The notes: generated from the letters alone by a model not told the origin. A stretch of DNA of 64,000 nt from the human T2T-CHM13v2.0 reference genome, Homo sapiens (GCF_009914755.1 NC_060937.1), one strand, 5' to 3'. Numbered from the stretch's first letter, positions 42,045-56,063 are shown. Made by a program: numbers and translations.

Positions 42045-42424
42045 TGTATTAGTCCATTGTTACATTGCTATAAAGAACTTCTCAAAACTGGGTAATTTAT
42101 AAAGGAGAGAAGTTTAATTGACTCACCGTTCAGCAGGGCTGGGGAGGCCTCAGGGAACTTACCATCATGGCAGAAGGTGAAGGGGAAGCGAGGCACCTTC
42201 TTCACAATGCAGCAGGAAGGAAAATGAACTCAGAAGGAACTACCAAACACTTAAAAAACCATCAGATATCCTGAGAACTCACTCATTACCATGACAACAG
42301 CATGGGGGGAAACTGCCGTCATGATTCAGTTACTTCCACCTGGTTTCTCCCATGATATGTGGGCATTATGGGGATTACAACTTAAGGTGAGATTTTTGGG
42401 TGGGGACACAGCCAAACCATATCA
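42045..42424 (-). mobile_element. THE1D/MSTA-like solo LTR
   Basis: 'tgtattagtcc...ggggacacagccaaaccatatca'; TSD aggag / gggag. Confidence 0.95.
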
Positions 42425-42659
42425 GGGAGTCACTTGAAGTTAGAGATAATGTTGAATTTATTCCATTAACATTTATCTACATTTATATATGTATGTTTAT
42501 ATGTATACATACATATAAATACAGATATATGTATGTTATAAATTATACATAAAATGGTATGTACATATATGTATTTTTATATTGTAAGATATATATTAGA
42601 AATATAACTATGTTAAATTCCCTAGGTAAACACATCAATTTTTACTTATTCAACTCAAA

Positions 42660-43120
42660 ATAAAGTGCAAATTTTTAATGCAGTCCACAAGGCCTCTGGT
42701 TGCCACCTGTGTTTCATCTTGCCCTTCTCTACCTCACTCAGTCTATAGTTGTTCATTTCTAGCATTACATCCACAATAACCCTCTTTCTGTTTTCTAAAC
42801 GTAGAAATGCTTTGTTCTCTGCCTTGACTGCTTCTTTTACTTCCTGAATTCGATCTCAATTTTCTTTTCACTAAGAAAATATGATCTAATCAGACACCTC
42901 CCCATCCTTGGTCAAGTTGCTCTATTGTTGTACCCTTGTATTTCTCTTTTGTGCTATTACAATTATGTTAGATAATCTTTATTTGTTTACTGTGTATTTC
43001 AGTTTCTAAGATGATTAAAACTGAGACCGTGACTGTATTGTCAATCACGACAATTTCATCACCAAAAACAATGAGAAGTTCACTAATATTAAGAACTCAA
43101 CAAATATCTAATAAATTAAT
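42660..43120 (+). mobile_element. L2 3' fragment
   Basis: 'ccacaaggcctctg', terminus 'actcaacaaatatctaataaattaatg'. Confidence 0.6.
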
Positions 43121-43249
43121 GTGTTTCTCAGCATCTGTTGAGCATCATAGACTTTTGAATATTTATATGACTGTTTAATGAACAAGTGAGAAATGTGTAA
43201 ATAATAAGGACTCAAACTAAAAAAGAGACCTCACTCATGAAAATATTAT

Positions 43250-45150
43250 GGCAATCACAAATATTATAAAACAAAATCTTTAAAAACAAATGAAATTGCC
43301 AATCTCCTTCTCATGAAAAGTGTGAGTGAAAAAATCCTCACCTGTGACCTAGGAAACTCAAGCCAATAAACTAGAGGTAAAACAAGGAATCTCTAAAATG
43401 TTCCACTTGAGAAGTTAACCCAAATACAAATTAATAATTTTTTAAAGAAAACTAAATAGATAAGGGATAGAGTCAACATAAATAGAATTCAAAGAAACAA
43501 AAAGCGGTACTATCATAGGCTTGATAACCTTAGATACTGGGATACTGGAATGGTTAGGTTAAAGCCGGAATATAAAATGAGCAAGAATAAAAATGAATAA
43601 AAATGTAAGGCATTACATATAAAAATAAGGATCAAATGGGTATCAAAAAGGACAAGAACCAGGAATAGTTGGAGGGGAGAAAAAGGATTTTCCGAAACAA
43701 AAATTGTGATTACTGAAATAAAACTGACCAGATAAATAAAATAGATGACAAGATAACTAGTAAACTAGACGATATATTTAAAGAAATTATTTTCAAATGT
43801 AACTGAAAGACAACTTAAAGAAAATAGCAAAAGAAATTTAACAGGTGTAGATGGCAGAATGAGAAGATATAATATATATATAACAGGAATGAATTTCATA
43901 AGAAGAGAAAATAAAAACAGTAGAAGAAAGGCAATGTTCGAAAATATAGTGGCTTAGCACTTTGGGAATTCTTTAAACACTCAAATGACCTATTTGGAAA
44001 CCACAGTGAATATCAGAAAGATATAAAAAGATATCACCCATACATATTGTAATAAAATGTCAGATCACCAAATACCTAGAAAATGTCTTTTAAAAATATT
44101 AGAATTTAAAGATAGATAACTGGCATAAGAAAATAATTTGACCTTCTAGGCACCTTGACCTCATAGACACAGTTTGACTCTAAGACACCTTAGTTAAAGA
44201 CACAGAAGTCAGGTAATGAAAAATTCTGACAAAAATAATCCTCAAACCAACATTTTGTACCCTGCTAATTTATAATTCAAGAAAATGGTGAAATAAAGAT
44301 AATTTCAGTTTAGACACAACAGACCCTTGGTAAAATGTATACATGCCACTCAGCAAAGAAAATACACATCTTTTTTCAAATATGGACCAGTAAAAGTGAC
44401 ATTGCTCAACAAAAACAATCTGGACACATTTTAGAAAGTTAACAGCATAGTCGATAACACAAATTTAATAAAATTAGATATCAGCAATATAAAGCTAGCA
44501 CTAAAACTAACTGAAACATTTAGATAGTCACAAACACACTTTTAAAATGATTTATATCAAAAAAATTAAATTTAAATTTACAGAATATTTAGAACCAAGT
44601 ATTGGCCTGGGTGAAGAGAACATAAGGTTCAATGACCATTTATAGTACAATACATTGAAATAGTAATGAAAACTACACTCACAAAAAAGAAACAGAGTCA
44701 AAAGGTTTACAATGTGAATTCTACCAATGCTTCAATGAAGTGATAATTCCTTTTTATACAATATATTCCGGAGAAAAAAATAGTAACAGGAAGAAGCACT
44801 ATTTGTACTGTGTTTTCAGTGTAAATTCAGTTACCAAAATGATGAGGAAAGGATAGGAACATAAAAAATTATTAAATATGAGCAAATCAAACAAAGTAGC
44901 CTATCAAAATAAATTTGAGTGTTTTCAAGCATTCAAAAAAGGTTTTACATGTTAAAAACTATGATTTTTTTACTATATTATGAAACAAAAAAGAAAATCC
45001 ATATAACCTCTGTATTAGGTGAGAAGACATTTATTACATTTTAACAGATATTCATGACTTACAATAATCAAAATGACTACAAATAATTCTAAGTAACCCG
45101 AAACAGATGGAAACAGTTTTTCCTTGATAAACACAAAATGTAAAGAGTGT
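43250..45150 (+). mobile_element. Very old L1ME/HAL1-like remnant
   Basis: A-rich ORF1/ORF2-like motifs ('agaatgagaagatataatatatatataacagga', 'ttttgtaccctgctaattta', 'gaattctaccaatgcttcaatgaag'). Confidence 0.5.
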
Positions 45151-45399
45151 AAAAATTCTTTCTTTAGAATTGTCAATATCAGTAAACTACATTATACATA
45201 CAGAAAAGCTCAATAACTTTTCAACAAGTGAACATAAAAGAATGTCACCAGAACCCCATTAGATGTCTGAACATCCATCAGATACCTAGCAAGCTACTGC
45301 CAGCAGGCCTTCACTCTAAATAAACGCTAGCAGTATACTGACTTTCAAAATAATAAACTGGTCATGCTAATCTTAAAACTTTACGTGACAGAATTATAA

Positions 45400-47170
45400 A
45401 ATACATGAAAATTTTTCTGGCTTCCTTTGATGAAATAAATGTAAGAGTCATCCTTGTTGTGAACAATTGCACCTTATTATGTCCATTGTTTAGTAGTCCA
45501 TTTTATAAGTATATCTCAATGTCCAAGCCCAGTGTTTGACTATTGTGACTAGTTTATGATGCATAAATGTATGTGTATTTCCTGGCTGTATTCCTAGGAG
45601 TATAAATTTTGGTTCATAGGGTATGCCTGCCTATGTTCAGCTTTAGTAGATCTCTTGCCAAAGAATTTTTCCAAACTGGTGGATTGTAAGAGTGAAGAAA
45701 GTCCTTAACATCCTTATTGTCTTGGCATTTTTTGTCTTTTTCATTTAGTCATTCTTTTGAGTGTGTAGTATATTGCATTGTGGTTGAAATGTACTTACAC
45801 ATTCATTTTCTATTATTTTATTAGTTCTCCAATAGATTGTAGAGTTTATTTTTAAAGTAATACAATTTAACCCAAATTATACCTTTACTACCTTTCAATA
45901 ATGCTGGAATATTAAAACATGATAACATAATTTTCCTGGTTGTAATTTTTACAATGATTTCAATTTCCACATATATTTTAGACCTCACGATATATTACTA
46001 TCACTGTTTTAAAAGTCAATATTCAAACAGTGCCCATTAACTTTATGCACTGGTTTACCTTTTTCGTTGTTCTTTATTCCTTTCTATAACCATGTTTCAT
46101 TCTGAATATATTTTCGCTAGTCTTTCTTTCAGGTAAAGTTCTTCTGGTGACAACTTCTGTTGTATTTAGTAGAAAACTTATTTATCTCTTATGGGAGACA
46201 TTTTTGCTAGGTATGAAATTCCAGTAGGCTAACATTTGGAACTTTAAGTAATTCAATCAATTGGCATCCAAAATTACATACTTTTGTTGATAAGTTGGCT
46301 TTTATTCTTACCATTGCTCAGTTATTTATTTTCCTCTCTATTTTTAAGATTTCTCCTTTAATTCTACTTTTCATGACTCAGCACATTCTGTTTGAAGTTT
46401 GGCGAGCTTTTTGAACCTGAATTCATGTATTTCATATGTTTAGAAAACAAATGCCATTTTTAAAATATGATTTTTTTCCATTATTTTCCCTCTCTCCTTG
46501 TGGAACACAATTACGTGAATATTGAACCTACAATTACTCTTGTGTCTCGATTGCTGTTTCCAATGTTTTTAATCATATTTTGTCTTCTCAGTATATTGTT
46601 TTGGAAGTTTATCGTGACCATTTTGCAGTTTTATGCGCTTGCCTTCGATTATATTTTATCTACTTTTAATTTCATCTAACAAATTCTTGTTTTTATATTT
46701 TTTAAAGTTTTTTTCTTTTAATTTTTTGGGTACATAGTAGGTGTATATATTTATGGGGAACATGAAATATTTTGATATAGACATAGGGAAAGGAAAAAGA
46801 GTGGGAGTTGCTATACTTAGACAAAATAAATGTCAAGACAAAAACTATGAAAGACAAAGATGGTCACTATGTAATGATAAAGGTATCTAGCAAATTTTTA
46901 ATTTTAGATTTTATATTTTGTAATCTAGAATCACAATTTCTGAAGCCTAATTCTCTAGTGAAATTGTTCACCTTTTCATCTACTTTCTGTAACACTTAAC
47001 ATTAGCAACAGTTATTTTAAAAACCTTATCAGCTCATTCTAATATCTGTATTATTATGGATCTTTTTCTACTGTCTTTTTCTTTCCTTATTTTACATTTT
47101 GTGTTGCTCTTTTCTTTGCATGACTAATGTATTTTAATTGAATAACAGCATTATGTATAGAAAATTGTAA
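45400..47170 (-). mobile_element. Very old L1ME remnant(s), antisense
   Basis: 'ctaggagtataaattttggttcatagggtatgc...tatgttcagctttagtaga', 'gacatttttgctaggtatgaaattcc'. Confidence 0.55.
46689..46884 (-). mobile_element. Short L1MA insertion with 5' inversion (3' end antisense + EN fragment sense)
   Basis: 'gggtacatagtaggtgtatatatttatgggg' followed by EN-coding 'DKINVKTKTMKDKDGHYVMIK'; TSD-like atctaacaaattctt / atctagcaaattttt. Confidence 0.75.
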
Positions 47171-48222
47171 GGACGTCATATGACAACCATAACATATTGC
47201 TGTAAATGTATTCAAAGTAAGATGAATATACATTACAAATATAAAATATCACTACACATTCTCTGTATTTTATAAGCATATGTTTACAAATATATATGCA
47301 TAAAAAACATCTGGCAGAGTGTTCAAATGGTTAATAACTGGGCAAGTAGTAGATAACTAGTTTGGAGAAAAAGAGAACTTTAGCCTTATCTGTAATAAAT
47401 CATTATTTTTTAAAGATATTATGTTTGTTTCTCTTAAGAATACATTTATTTTCAATGTCTACAAACACTGTGAGCAGTAATCTGTGCTTTCATAGTAGAA
47501 AACTATCAAAAGGAACTATGTTCTTATTCAAAATTCAAAATGCTGAATTTAAATTCTGATTTTACAAAAAGATAGCAAACCAATTTTTAGTGTCTATTTG
47601 CATTTTATATAGGAGTTTATAAGAAACTATAAGAGTTTCCGCAGGAATATTAAAATTAAAAACATGAAGTAATGTGTCATACAATTTTTTAAATGACCAT
47701 ACCTTTATCCTGATTGTAGATTTCTTAACTTCACAAAATAATGTTAATGCTTCATTTATTGTTGAGCAAACTGAGAAGCAACAAATTTAAGGACTTTGTT
47801 TTACTTTAATAACTCACTAATTACTCCTTTGTTTATTCTTCTATTCTGTTTTCTGCTATGGTAGGAGCCCCATAAGTACAAGTTTTTAGCCTTTAGTTAA
47901 TACATTTTTCATGCCTACCAAAGTGCCTAGCCTTTAGAAAGTAATTGATAGATATGGGTGAGTAAAAATGTAGATGTGTGATATTACTCTCATACTCTAC
48001 TGAACATTTCTGAAGTTCTGTGGTAGTAGGTTTTAAAATTCAGGGATTTTATGTATGTTGCCACTTTTGCATAAAAAGACTTTACTTCATTCTGCAAGGA
48101 TGACTTATTCTAAACTTTAATTCTCCACTTAAAAGTTGTTTCATAAAAAACTCACCAATTCTCAGTATAAAGTTTGTCTCAACACTTATTGTGACTTTTC
48201 TTTCTTTCACCACTATATATAT

Positions 48223-48317
48223 ATGTGTATAGACACATGTATACACCTGTATGTGTATAGACACGTGTATACACCTGTATGTGTATAGACACACGTGTAT
48301 ACACCTGTATGTGTATA
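48223..48317. repeat. 28-30 bp minisatellite, about 3.3 units
   Basis: Unit atgtgtatagacac(a/g)tgtatacacctgt. Confidence 0.95.
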
Positions 48318-50678
48318 CCTCACTTGTGCTTTCTTGTTCATTATATAAAAGTCTCTCATATTGCACCATAATGACATCTGAATACATATTTTGACCAATT
48401 TAATTATTATTACATTCTTAGCACTTACATTGGAGGAAGGCTGAAGACTTTCATCTAGATATTCTGGTTATCATGTGAATTTGCTTCTTTGTAGAAAAAA
48501 AAAGCACTTATATTTGTGTATGATAGAGTGTATGATGGAATGCTTATCCCAATTGCTCTACTTTTCATGGCCCTAACTATATTTGCCAACAAGCTCTATT
48601 TTCACTGACAACAGAACATTGTAAAAAGGAATACACTTAGAGATCTCAGCAATTCTTCCTAAGCAATTGCCAGCACCACTCAAAGGGAGTCAGGAGTTCA
48701 AGACTTAATGCTCTAATAAAGCCGTACATTCCAAAGTGAGTCATTTACAATGATACCGCATCATCAGTAAAATGAATCCAGATATCCTATACATTGTGGT
48801 GAATAGTTTCAAATCTCTTCTCCCTGAAGAACTCCCAGTGAAATGAAGCCAAATAAAACAAATCCTGATTTTTCACATTTACTGTTATTAAAGAAAAGAA
48901 CAAAGTAGTGCCAAGGGGAATGAGAGAATAAAGCTATGGCTATTCAGTTGTGAAGAAAGTAAATTAATAAAACTAACCTCATTTTCTTTTTTACATGCTT
49001 TCAGTAGATGTCCCTGGAGAATAATTCCCTTTATGGAATAGAATAAGGATGGGAGAATAGACTGTGCAGCTTTGTAACTGGGTCTTTTTTAGTAATATTT
49101 GCCCTCAATGTGTCACAAGGAACTAATATGTCATCCTGTTTGCCATCTAAGGCTTGATTTCTTTTTCTATGGGCTGTTCCTTTTTCATAATGTTTACTAG
49201 AAATTTTGGTAAATATTATATTCTCATTAAATGCACTACATAAAATGTCATCAGAGGGAAGAACAAAAACAACATTGTGAGTATACTCAAGAGAATTTTT
49301 TAAGTCATTAAAACATATATGATACTCTGGGCTCATGTGATATATTCAATCTATCTTTTGCTATTGCTGTGTAAAAATTAATTCAATATGAAAAAAAGCC
49401 TTTATCTACTATGACAAACTGTACAACCTCCAGGCTGTTCACCTGCCACGAGGAGGATTTTTCATTTGAATGGCTAGCTGAGTGATAGACGTGCAGATAT
49501 TTTCCAAGCTGTCTGGCTAGCTGTCTTTTCCTGTAGTGGATTCCATTTAAGAATTAGTCCAGCATCATTCAATAGCATGCTATATAGGAATACACTTTTC
49601 TAGCTGGATAGATAGATAAATATGCATACACACATATTTCAGTTTTTTAAAAAACACAGAATGGAGGCAAGTACTTCAGCAAATAAAATATTTTTATCTT
49701 AATTCTAATCTACCAATAATTTCCATCTAAAACATCTCTTCTTTCTTAAAAGTTTCAAAAAAATGAGCATTAAATCTATCTGTATCCGACATAAGCCAAC
49801 TTATTTATGGAATAAAGAAACTGTCAATTTAGTTTATGTTATTCCTGTATTCATTTATAAAATAATGCATTTATAAACTTAGTTTACCTATATAGTTTCA
49901 TAATCTACTGTCTTGATAAGTCAATACAACATTTTTACTAGTATACATTAAATATGATTCATTAAGTTTCTATATGTTCATTTTTCTTTTAAAAAATACC
50001 TTTCAAAATGATTGCATATGAAAAACATTCCATTTGAAAAGTAATTTTTAAAATTTCAGTTACCAGTTAAAACAAAAGATGTGGCTTCTAGATAATAAAC
50101 AATAAAATTGAATTTAGCTAGCAGGGTTACATGGAGAATTAAAAATTATGAAGAAATATTCTATTTTTAAAATTCATTTTAGGAAAATAACCCTTTTCTT
50201 CATCATTGTACAATTAATGACAACCTTTCAATTGTCAAACATTCATTAAAAAACAATCATTATCAAAGTTGACAGAAAATGTTGATTCCTAGGAAAGTTT
50301 CATCCCACAAAGGATTTGGAATTAGATTTTCAAACAAAATCTTAATTGATTTTTAAGCCAATGACCCAGCAAAAATATTAAGTCACAGTTCAGGAATTAT
50401 TAATCTAAAGTAAAGTAATAGCAAGTAGGTCATTTTGAAGTATATGTACATATGTATTGTACATGTACAAATTTCACTCAGGTAGTGACTAAAAGAAAAC
50501 ATTTATCTGTGAAAAATGAAAAACATAGAGGTGTTTAATCATAAAGAACAACAAGAATACTTCCTGAATTGTTTATTTTACTCAGTCTGCCTAACTATAA
50601 CTTGCTCTAGTAATTATGACTTTATGCCATATTAACACATGCAAATAATGCATATACATGCATATACATTTACACATA

Positions 50679-51034
50679 TGTATTAGTCTGTTCTCACGCA
50701 GCTAATAAAGACACCCCCAAGACTGGGTAATTTATAAAGGAAAGAGGTTTAATGGACTCACCGTTCCACATGGCTGGGGAGGCCTCACAATCATGGCGGA
50801 AGGCAAAGAAGAAGCAAAGGCACCTCTTACATGGCTACAGGCAAGAGAGTTTGTGCAGGGGAATTCCCATTTATAAAACCATCAGATCTTATGAGGATTA
50901 TTCAATATCACAAGAACAGTACAAGGGAATCTGCTCCCACGATTCAATAATCTCCAACCCGCACCACCCTTGACACATGGAGATTACTACAATTGAAGAT
51001 GAGATTTGGGTGGGGAAACAGCTAAACCATATCA
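50679..51034 (-). mobile_element. THE1C-like solo LTR
   Basis: 'tgtattagtctgttctcacgcagctaataaagaca...aaaccatatca'; perfect TSD acata. Confidence 0.95.
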
Positions 51035-51449
51035 ACATACATATTAAATATGGTCAATTATAGGCATTAATCTTTTTGTTGTTTGTGTTATCCTATCTTT
51101 GGCCAGTGGGACTTCTAGTGTCCTTTTGTCAAGAAGCAATTATTTTTCAATAGTTGCTTGTTGTCTACCATACCATATCAATAAATTTTATATTACCAGC
51201 AAGACATGGAATAAGCCGTGTTTCCAAATGCCTTTGGTTTCTTTTAGTAGGAAATGTTATTTTAAATATCTGTGGATGGTCATTGTTCTTAAAATGCCAT
51301 TGATTTTAGTTACTCATTTGTTTTCAATGGAATGAGCTTTCTAAAACATGTTTTTAGAGAAAATATCTTAATCTCTACTGATAGTTCCAAAATCGTTCAA
51401 ATTTTAAGTCATAGATTTTTTGTTTTTCTTAAACTGTGAGGTTTTGGAA

Positions 51450-51600
51450 GGACTGATAGCATGAGTTAAAACATGTGGTTTCAATTCCAATACTTCTATT
51501 ACTTTTGAAGTTCCTTACCTTGAGTAAACCACACTGTTCGGTATTATTTTCCACTGCTGTAAAATGGGATAGTATTGCTTACGTTGTAGGATTATTTTTA
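51450..51600 (+). mobile_element. MIR fragment
   Basis: 'accttgagtaaaccac...ctgtaaaatgggatagtattgcttac'. Confidence 0.55.
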
Positions 51601-52435
51601 AAAGCCAGCAAAAAAAGTGTAATTTCAAAAGCAAATCTTGGTTTAAAGTTTTCTCAATCAGTCTTCCTACATTATTCACATTTTTCTTCCTCTCCTCATA
51701 CTTATGTTTCCCCTAGTTATTTCATTTTTTTGCTGCATTTATTATTTAACCAGTCTTAGATGCCAGCACCCATTTTTAAGTTTGTTCCATCAAGTCTTCC
51801 ATTACACTAGATAGTAATATCAGTTAAATTAAGGTCTGTGTGGAATGCTTACTTTAAAAATGCTTGTTTCCTTTTAATTTAATTTAATATTAGGAAACAT
51901 TTGCTGAGAACTTCATACAACCAGGAACTGATCTAAATATTACAATTCATTCAATTAATCTTTAAAAATCCTTTATGAGTTAGCAATGTTATCTTCACCC
52001 ATGAGATTAAACTTATTTTATAGTTTATTTCCTTCAACTTGGCTTTGCATTCTTATTCTTTTATCTTATTGGATACTCAGCTTTTTTATACTAAACATTG
52101 TTTTTTCCTTTTAGAGTGTAAGGCTCCCATGTTTTTACATCCCTAGAATTTAAGCAACCAATGATAATATATATTCAACATCATGTAGTTCTAAGTATTT
52201 CTGAAATTCAGTATTATTTTTAATTGACTTATGCATCATATATGTTTCATTTTGACTTTCCAAGTGAGCTTTTGTATCTTTTAAAAATTGATTTTTAAAT
52301 TAGTTGTATTAGGGTCAAAAAATAATTTCTATGTTAGCAATCTATTCTTTTTTTTCTTTTTGTATTGGCTTATTGAGTCAGATGTGTTAAACACTGTCAC
52401 TCTGAAGGTGCATTTATTTATTTATTTATTATTAC

Positions 52436-52728
52436 TTTTTAAGACATGGGATCACGTTCTGTTGCACAGGCTGGAGTGCAGTGGTGTAATCATAAGTCAC
52501 TGCAGCCTTGAACTCCTGGGCTCAAGCAGTCCTCTTGTCTTAGCCTCCCAGGTAGCTGGGACTACAGGTGCACAATACCATGCCTAGCTATTTTTTTATA
52601 TAATTTTTGTAGAGATAGGTGTCTTGCTTTATTCACCAGACATGTTTTCAACTCTTGGCTTCAAGTGATCCTCCTGCCTTGGCCTTCCAAAGTGCTGAGA
52701 TCATAGGCATGAGATACTGTACCTGGAC
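52436..52728 (-). mobile_element. AluJ
   Basis: 'cactgcagccttgaactcctgggctcaagc'; TSD atttattatta. Confidence 0.92.
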
Positions 52729-52932
52729 AATTTATTATTATTTCAATTTTTATTTTAGATTCAGGGTGTATATGTGCAAGTTTATTACTTTGGTATATTG
52801 CATGATGCTGAGATTCGAGGTATAATTGTTCCCATCATCCAGGTACTGAGCATAGTATCCAATAGGTAGTTTTTCAATCCTTGTCTCCCTCCCTCTCTCT
52901 CTCCTCTAATAGTCACCAGTGTCTATTGTTGC

Positions 52933-53244
52933 TTTATTTATTTATTTATTTATTTATTTATTGAGATGGAGTTTCACTCTGTCACCCAGGCTGGAGTGCA
53001 GTGGCGTGATCTTGGCTCACTGCAACCTCCAAGTCCCATTTCAAGTGATTCTCCTGCCTCCGCCTCCTGAGTAGCTGGAATTACAGGTGCCTGCCACCAC
53101 ACCTGGCTAATTTTTGTATTTTTAGTAAAGATGAGGTGTTGCTATGTTGGCTAGCCTGATCTCAAACTCCTGACCTCAGGGCAACCGCCTGCTTCAGTCT
53201 TCCAAAGTGATAAGAATACAGGCGTGAGCCACCATGCCTCGCTG
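52933..53244 (-). mobile_element. AluS (Sx/Sz-like) with (TTTA)n tail
   Basis: Antisense Alu dimer; short TSD attgttgc. Confidence 0.93.
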
Positions 53245-54281
53245 ATTGTTGCCATCTTTATTTCTATGAGTACTCAGGGTTTAGCTCCCACTTACAAGTG
53301 AGAACATGCGTTATTTGCTTTTCTGAATTAATTTGCTTAGGATATTTATCTCCAGCAGCATTCATACTACTTCACAGGTCATGATCTCATTGCTTTTCAT
53401 GGCTGTGTATATTCCATGGTGTATATGTAGCACATTTTCTTTATCCAGTGCAGCATTGATGGGCACTTAGGTTGACACCATTTCTTTGCTATTGTGAATA
53501 CTGCTTAGATGAACACACAACTGCATGTGTCCTCTTGGTAGAATAATTTATTTTCCTTCAGATATATACCCAGTATGGGATAACTGGGTTCAATGGTAGT
53601 TCTGTTTTCAGCTCTTTGATAAACCTCCAGACTGCTTTCCACAGTGGCTGATCTAATTCGCATCCCCATTAACAGTGCATAAGCACTCACTTTTCTCCAA
53701 AGCCTTGCCAGAATCAGTTGTTAATTGACTTATTTATAATAGCCATTCTGACTTGTGTGTAATGTTAACTCCTTGTGGCTTAGATTTGCATTTCTCTGAT
53801 AATTAGTGATGATGAGCATTTTTATATGTATGTTGGCCACTTACATGTCTTCTTTGGAGAAGTGTCTGTTCATGTATTTTACCCATTTTTAATTGTTTTT
53901 CGTTTTTTTGCTTGTTCAATTGTTTAAAAGTTTCTTATAGATTCTGGAAGTTAGATGTTTGTAAGAATCATAGTTTGTGAATATTTTCTCCCATTCTGTA
54001 GGTTGTCTGTTTACTCAGTTGACAGTTTCTTTTGCTGTGCAGAAGCTCTTTAGCTTAATCATGTTCCACTTGTTTATTTTTGATTTTATTGCAGTGACAA
54101 CAAATTTTTTGCAAGGATGATGTCCTGATGCTGTTTCTTAGGATTTCTTCTAGGATTCTTATAGTTTGAGGTCTTACATTTCAATGTTTAATCTATCTTG
54201 CATTAATTTTTATATATGGTTAAAGGTAGGAGTCCAAATTTCCTTCTACATATGGCTAGCCAGCTAGCCCAACATTATTTA

Positions 54282-54720
54282 TTGACTATGCAGTCTTTCC
54301 CTCATTGCTTATTTTGGTCAACTTTGTCAAAGATCAGACAGGTGTAGGTGTTTGGCTTTCCTTCTGGGTGCTCTATTGTTTTACAACATCTGTGCATCTG
54401 TGTGTGTGTTTTTTAAATAATCCCTATGTTTACATATGTTTCAGTTTTGTACCAGTACCATTCTGGTTTTGTTACTATACTTTATAGTACAGTTTGATAT
54501 GAAGTAATATAATGCTTGTGTTCTGGATTGTGGGGTTTTGTTATTGTTGTTGTTGTTTTGATTAAGATTGCTTTAGCTATTCAGGCTGTTTTTTGGTTCC
54601 ACATAAATTTTAGAAGAGTTATTTTCTAATTCTGTGAAAAATGACATTGGTAGTTTGATAGGAATAGCATTAAGTCTATAGAATTCTGTGGTCAGCGTGG
54701 CCATTTTAACAATATTGATT
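54282..54720 (+). repeat. Donor copy of about 440-bp local duplication (inside L1PA16)
   Basis: About 90% identical to 57829-58270, including non-consensus segments. Confidence 0.9.
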
Positions 54721-56063
54721 CTTCCAATCCATGAGAATGAAATGTTTGTCCATTTGTTTGTGTAACCTATAATTTCCTTCAACAGTGTTTTGTAATTCTT
54801 GAAAAGATCTTTCACCTAAGTTGATTTTCATGACTTTGTATCTTCAGATCACAGCATAGTGACTGACATATACTTGGCTCCCAATAAATATCTGCTAAAT
54901 GAATGTCTCCATAAATTCAATACAATTTTAAAAATGAGTAATACGCCTTTCAATGAGACAAAGGTAAATCAGAATAAAAAATAATTTTAAATATTTTGTA
55001 TACTTAAAACATATAATATATAATATAAGGAATCAAGGCTGAGTTTGCAGGACACAGACCAAACAATATTGGCCTTGACCCTTGTTAAGTTATTAGGCAA
55101 TTAATAGAAGCTAAGGATTTTCCACATTGAAAGAAAGTCATTCTTCCCACAACTTTCTCTATATTTCTCTATAATGCACGTTTGGGTACATTCCTCTTCC
55201 CTGTAGGAAGCTCATTCCCTCCTAGAGAAATGCAAATTAAGACACAATAACAATACTTTCTTTGTGTTACCTCACCATATGGAGTAAAGTATGTGCTGTT
55301 GTTTTGTCAACTGTAGTAATGAATGCTCATCAACACAATTGGGATTAACACCAGTCTTTTTAAAAGTCTAGTCTATGCTAGTCCTTAAAAATATTCCTGA
55401 AGTCTTTCAATAACTAAATATAAGCATAAGTGACTATTTTCCGATTTTATGTTTATATTATTGAGTTGAAATTATTGTAATAAAGTATATAATATTCAGA
55501 TGCACTTGTAGCAAAGTGATTACACAGAACTTTCAAATCACATCTTGACAACTTTTTCTCCTTTCCATGATAAATTCTTGAATATTATTTTTACATGACA
55601 TCTTCGTAACCACATACAGTTTGTAGGAACTAATTATCTGGTAATTTCTTGGCAAATATTTAGATTACACAGTTTAATAATGAGTACTAATTCATTTCAT
55701 CACAAAATGTTAATTTTAACAACCAAGTAAATACACTATAATTAGAAAGCCATGATTCTAATCACATAAATGCAATATACATCTTGGTAACTTCGGATTA
55801 ATATCACTAAGACAATATTAACTCACACAGATTTGATATTAATCTAAGAGCCTCTAAATTTACTTTAAGTGAAAAAAAACTCTAAACATTTTTTAGTGAA
55901 AACATCAACAACATTCTCTGAAGTTATGAATATAATAGGGAATAAATAATTTTAAAATATTTATGTTAACTTGTATTTTTGCATAAAATATAAGCAGAAT
56001 ATTTTATAGTGATATGCTATTGATAAGTTTTGATGTTAGAATTCTCAATAAGGGAGGACCAGT

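Larger units (their letters stand above)
52730..54818 (-). mobile_element. 5'-truncated L1PA16-like element, interrupted by an Alu
   Basis: 'ttttagattcagggtgtatatgtgcaagttt'; ORF2 peptide '[11 protein letters not shown]...[20 protein letters not shown]' (ORF 54573-54815). Confidence 0.93.

Noticed and set aside
46373-46383. Perfect ARE ATGACTCAGCA
   Set aside because: A single motif in a degenerate L1 with no supporting cluster; plausible by chance.
48223-48317. About 28-bp repeats as a CRISPR-like array
   Set aside because: No unique spacers or cas genes, and the context is human; it is a simple minisatellite.
48975-49560. Possible splice acceptor (ttttctttttacatgctttcag) and non-repetitive block as an exon or enhancer
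   Set aside because: No convincing donor or reading frame, and it cannot be supported without expression or conservation data.
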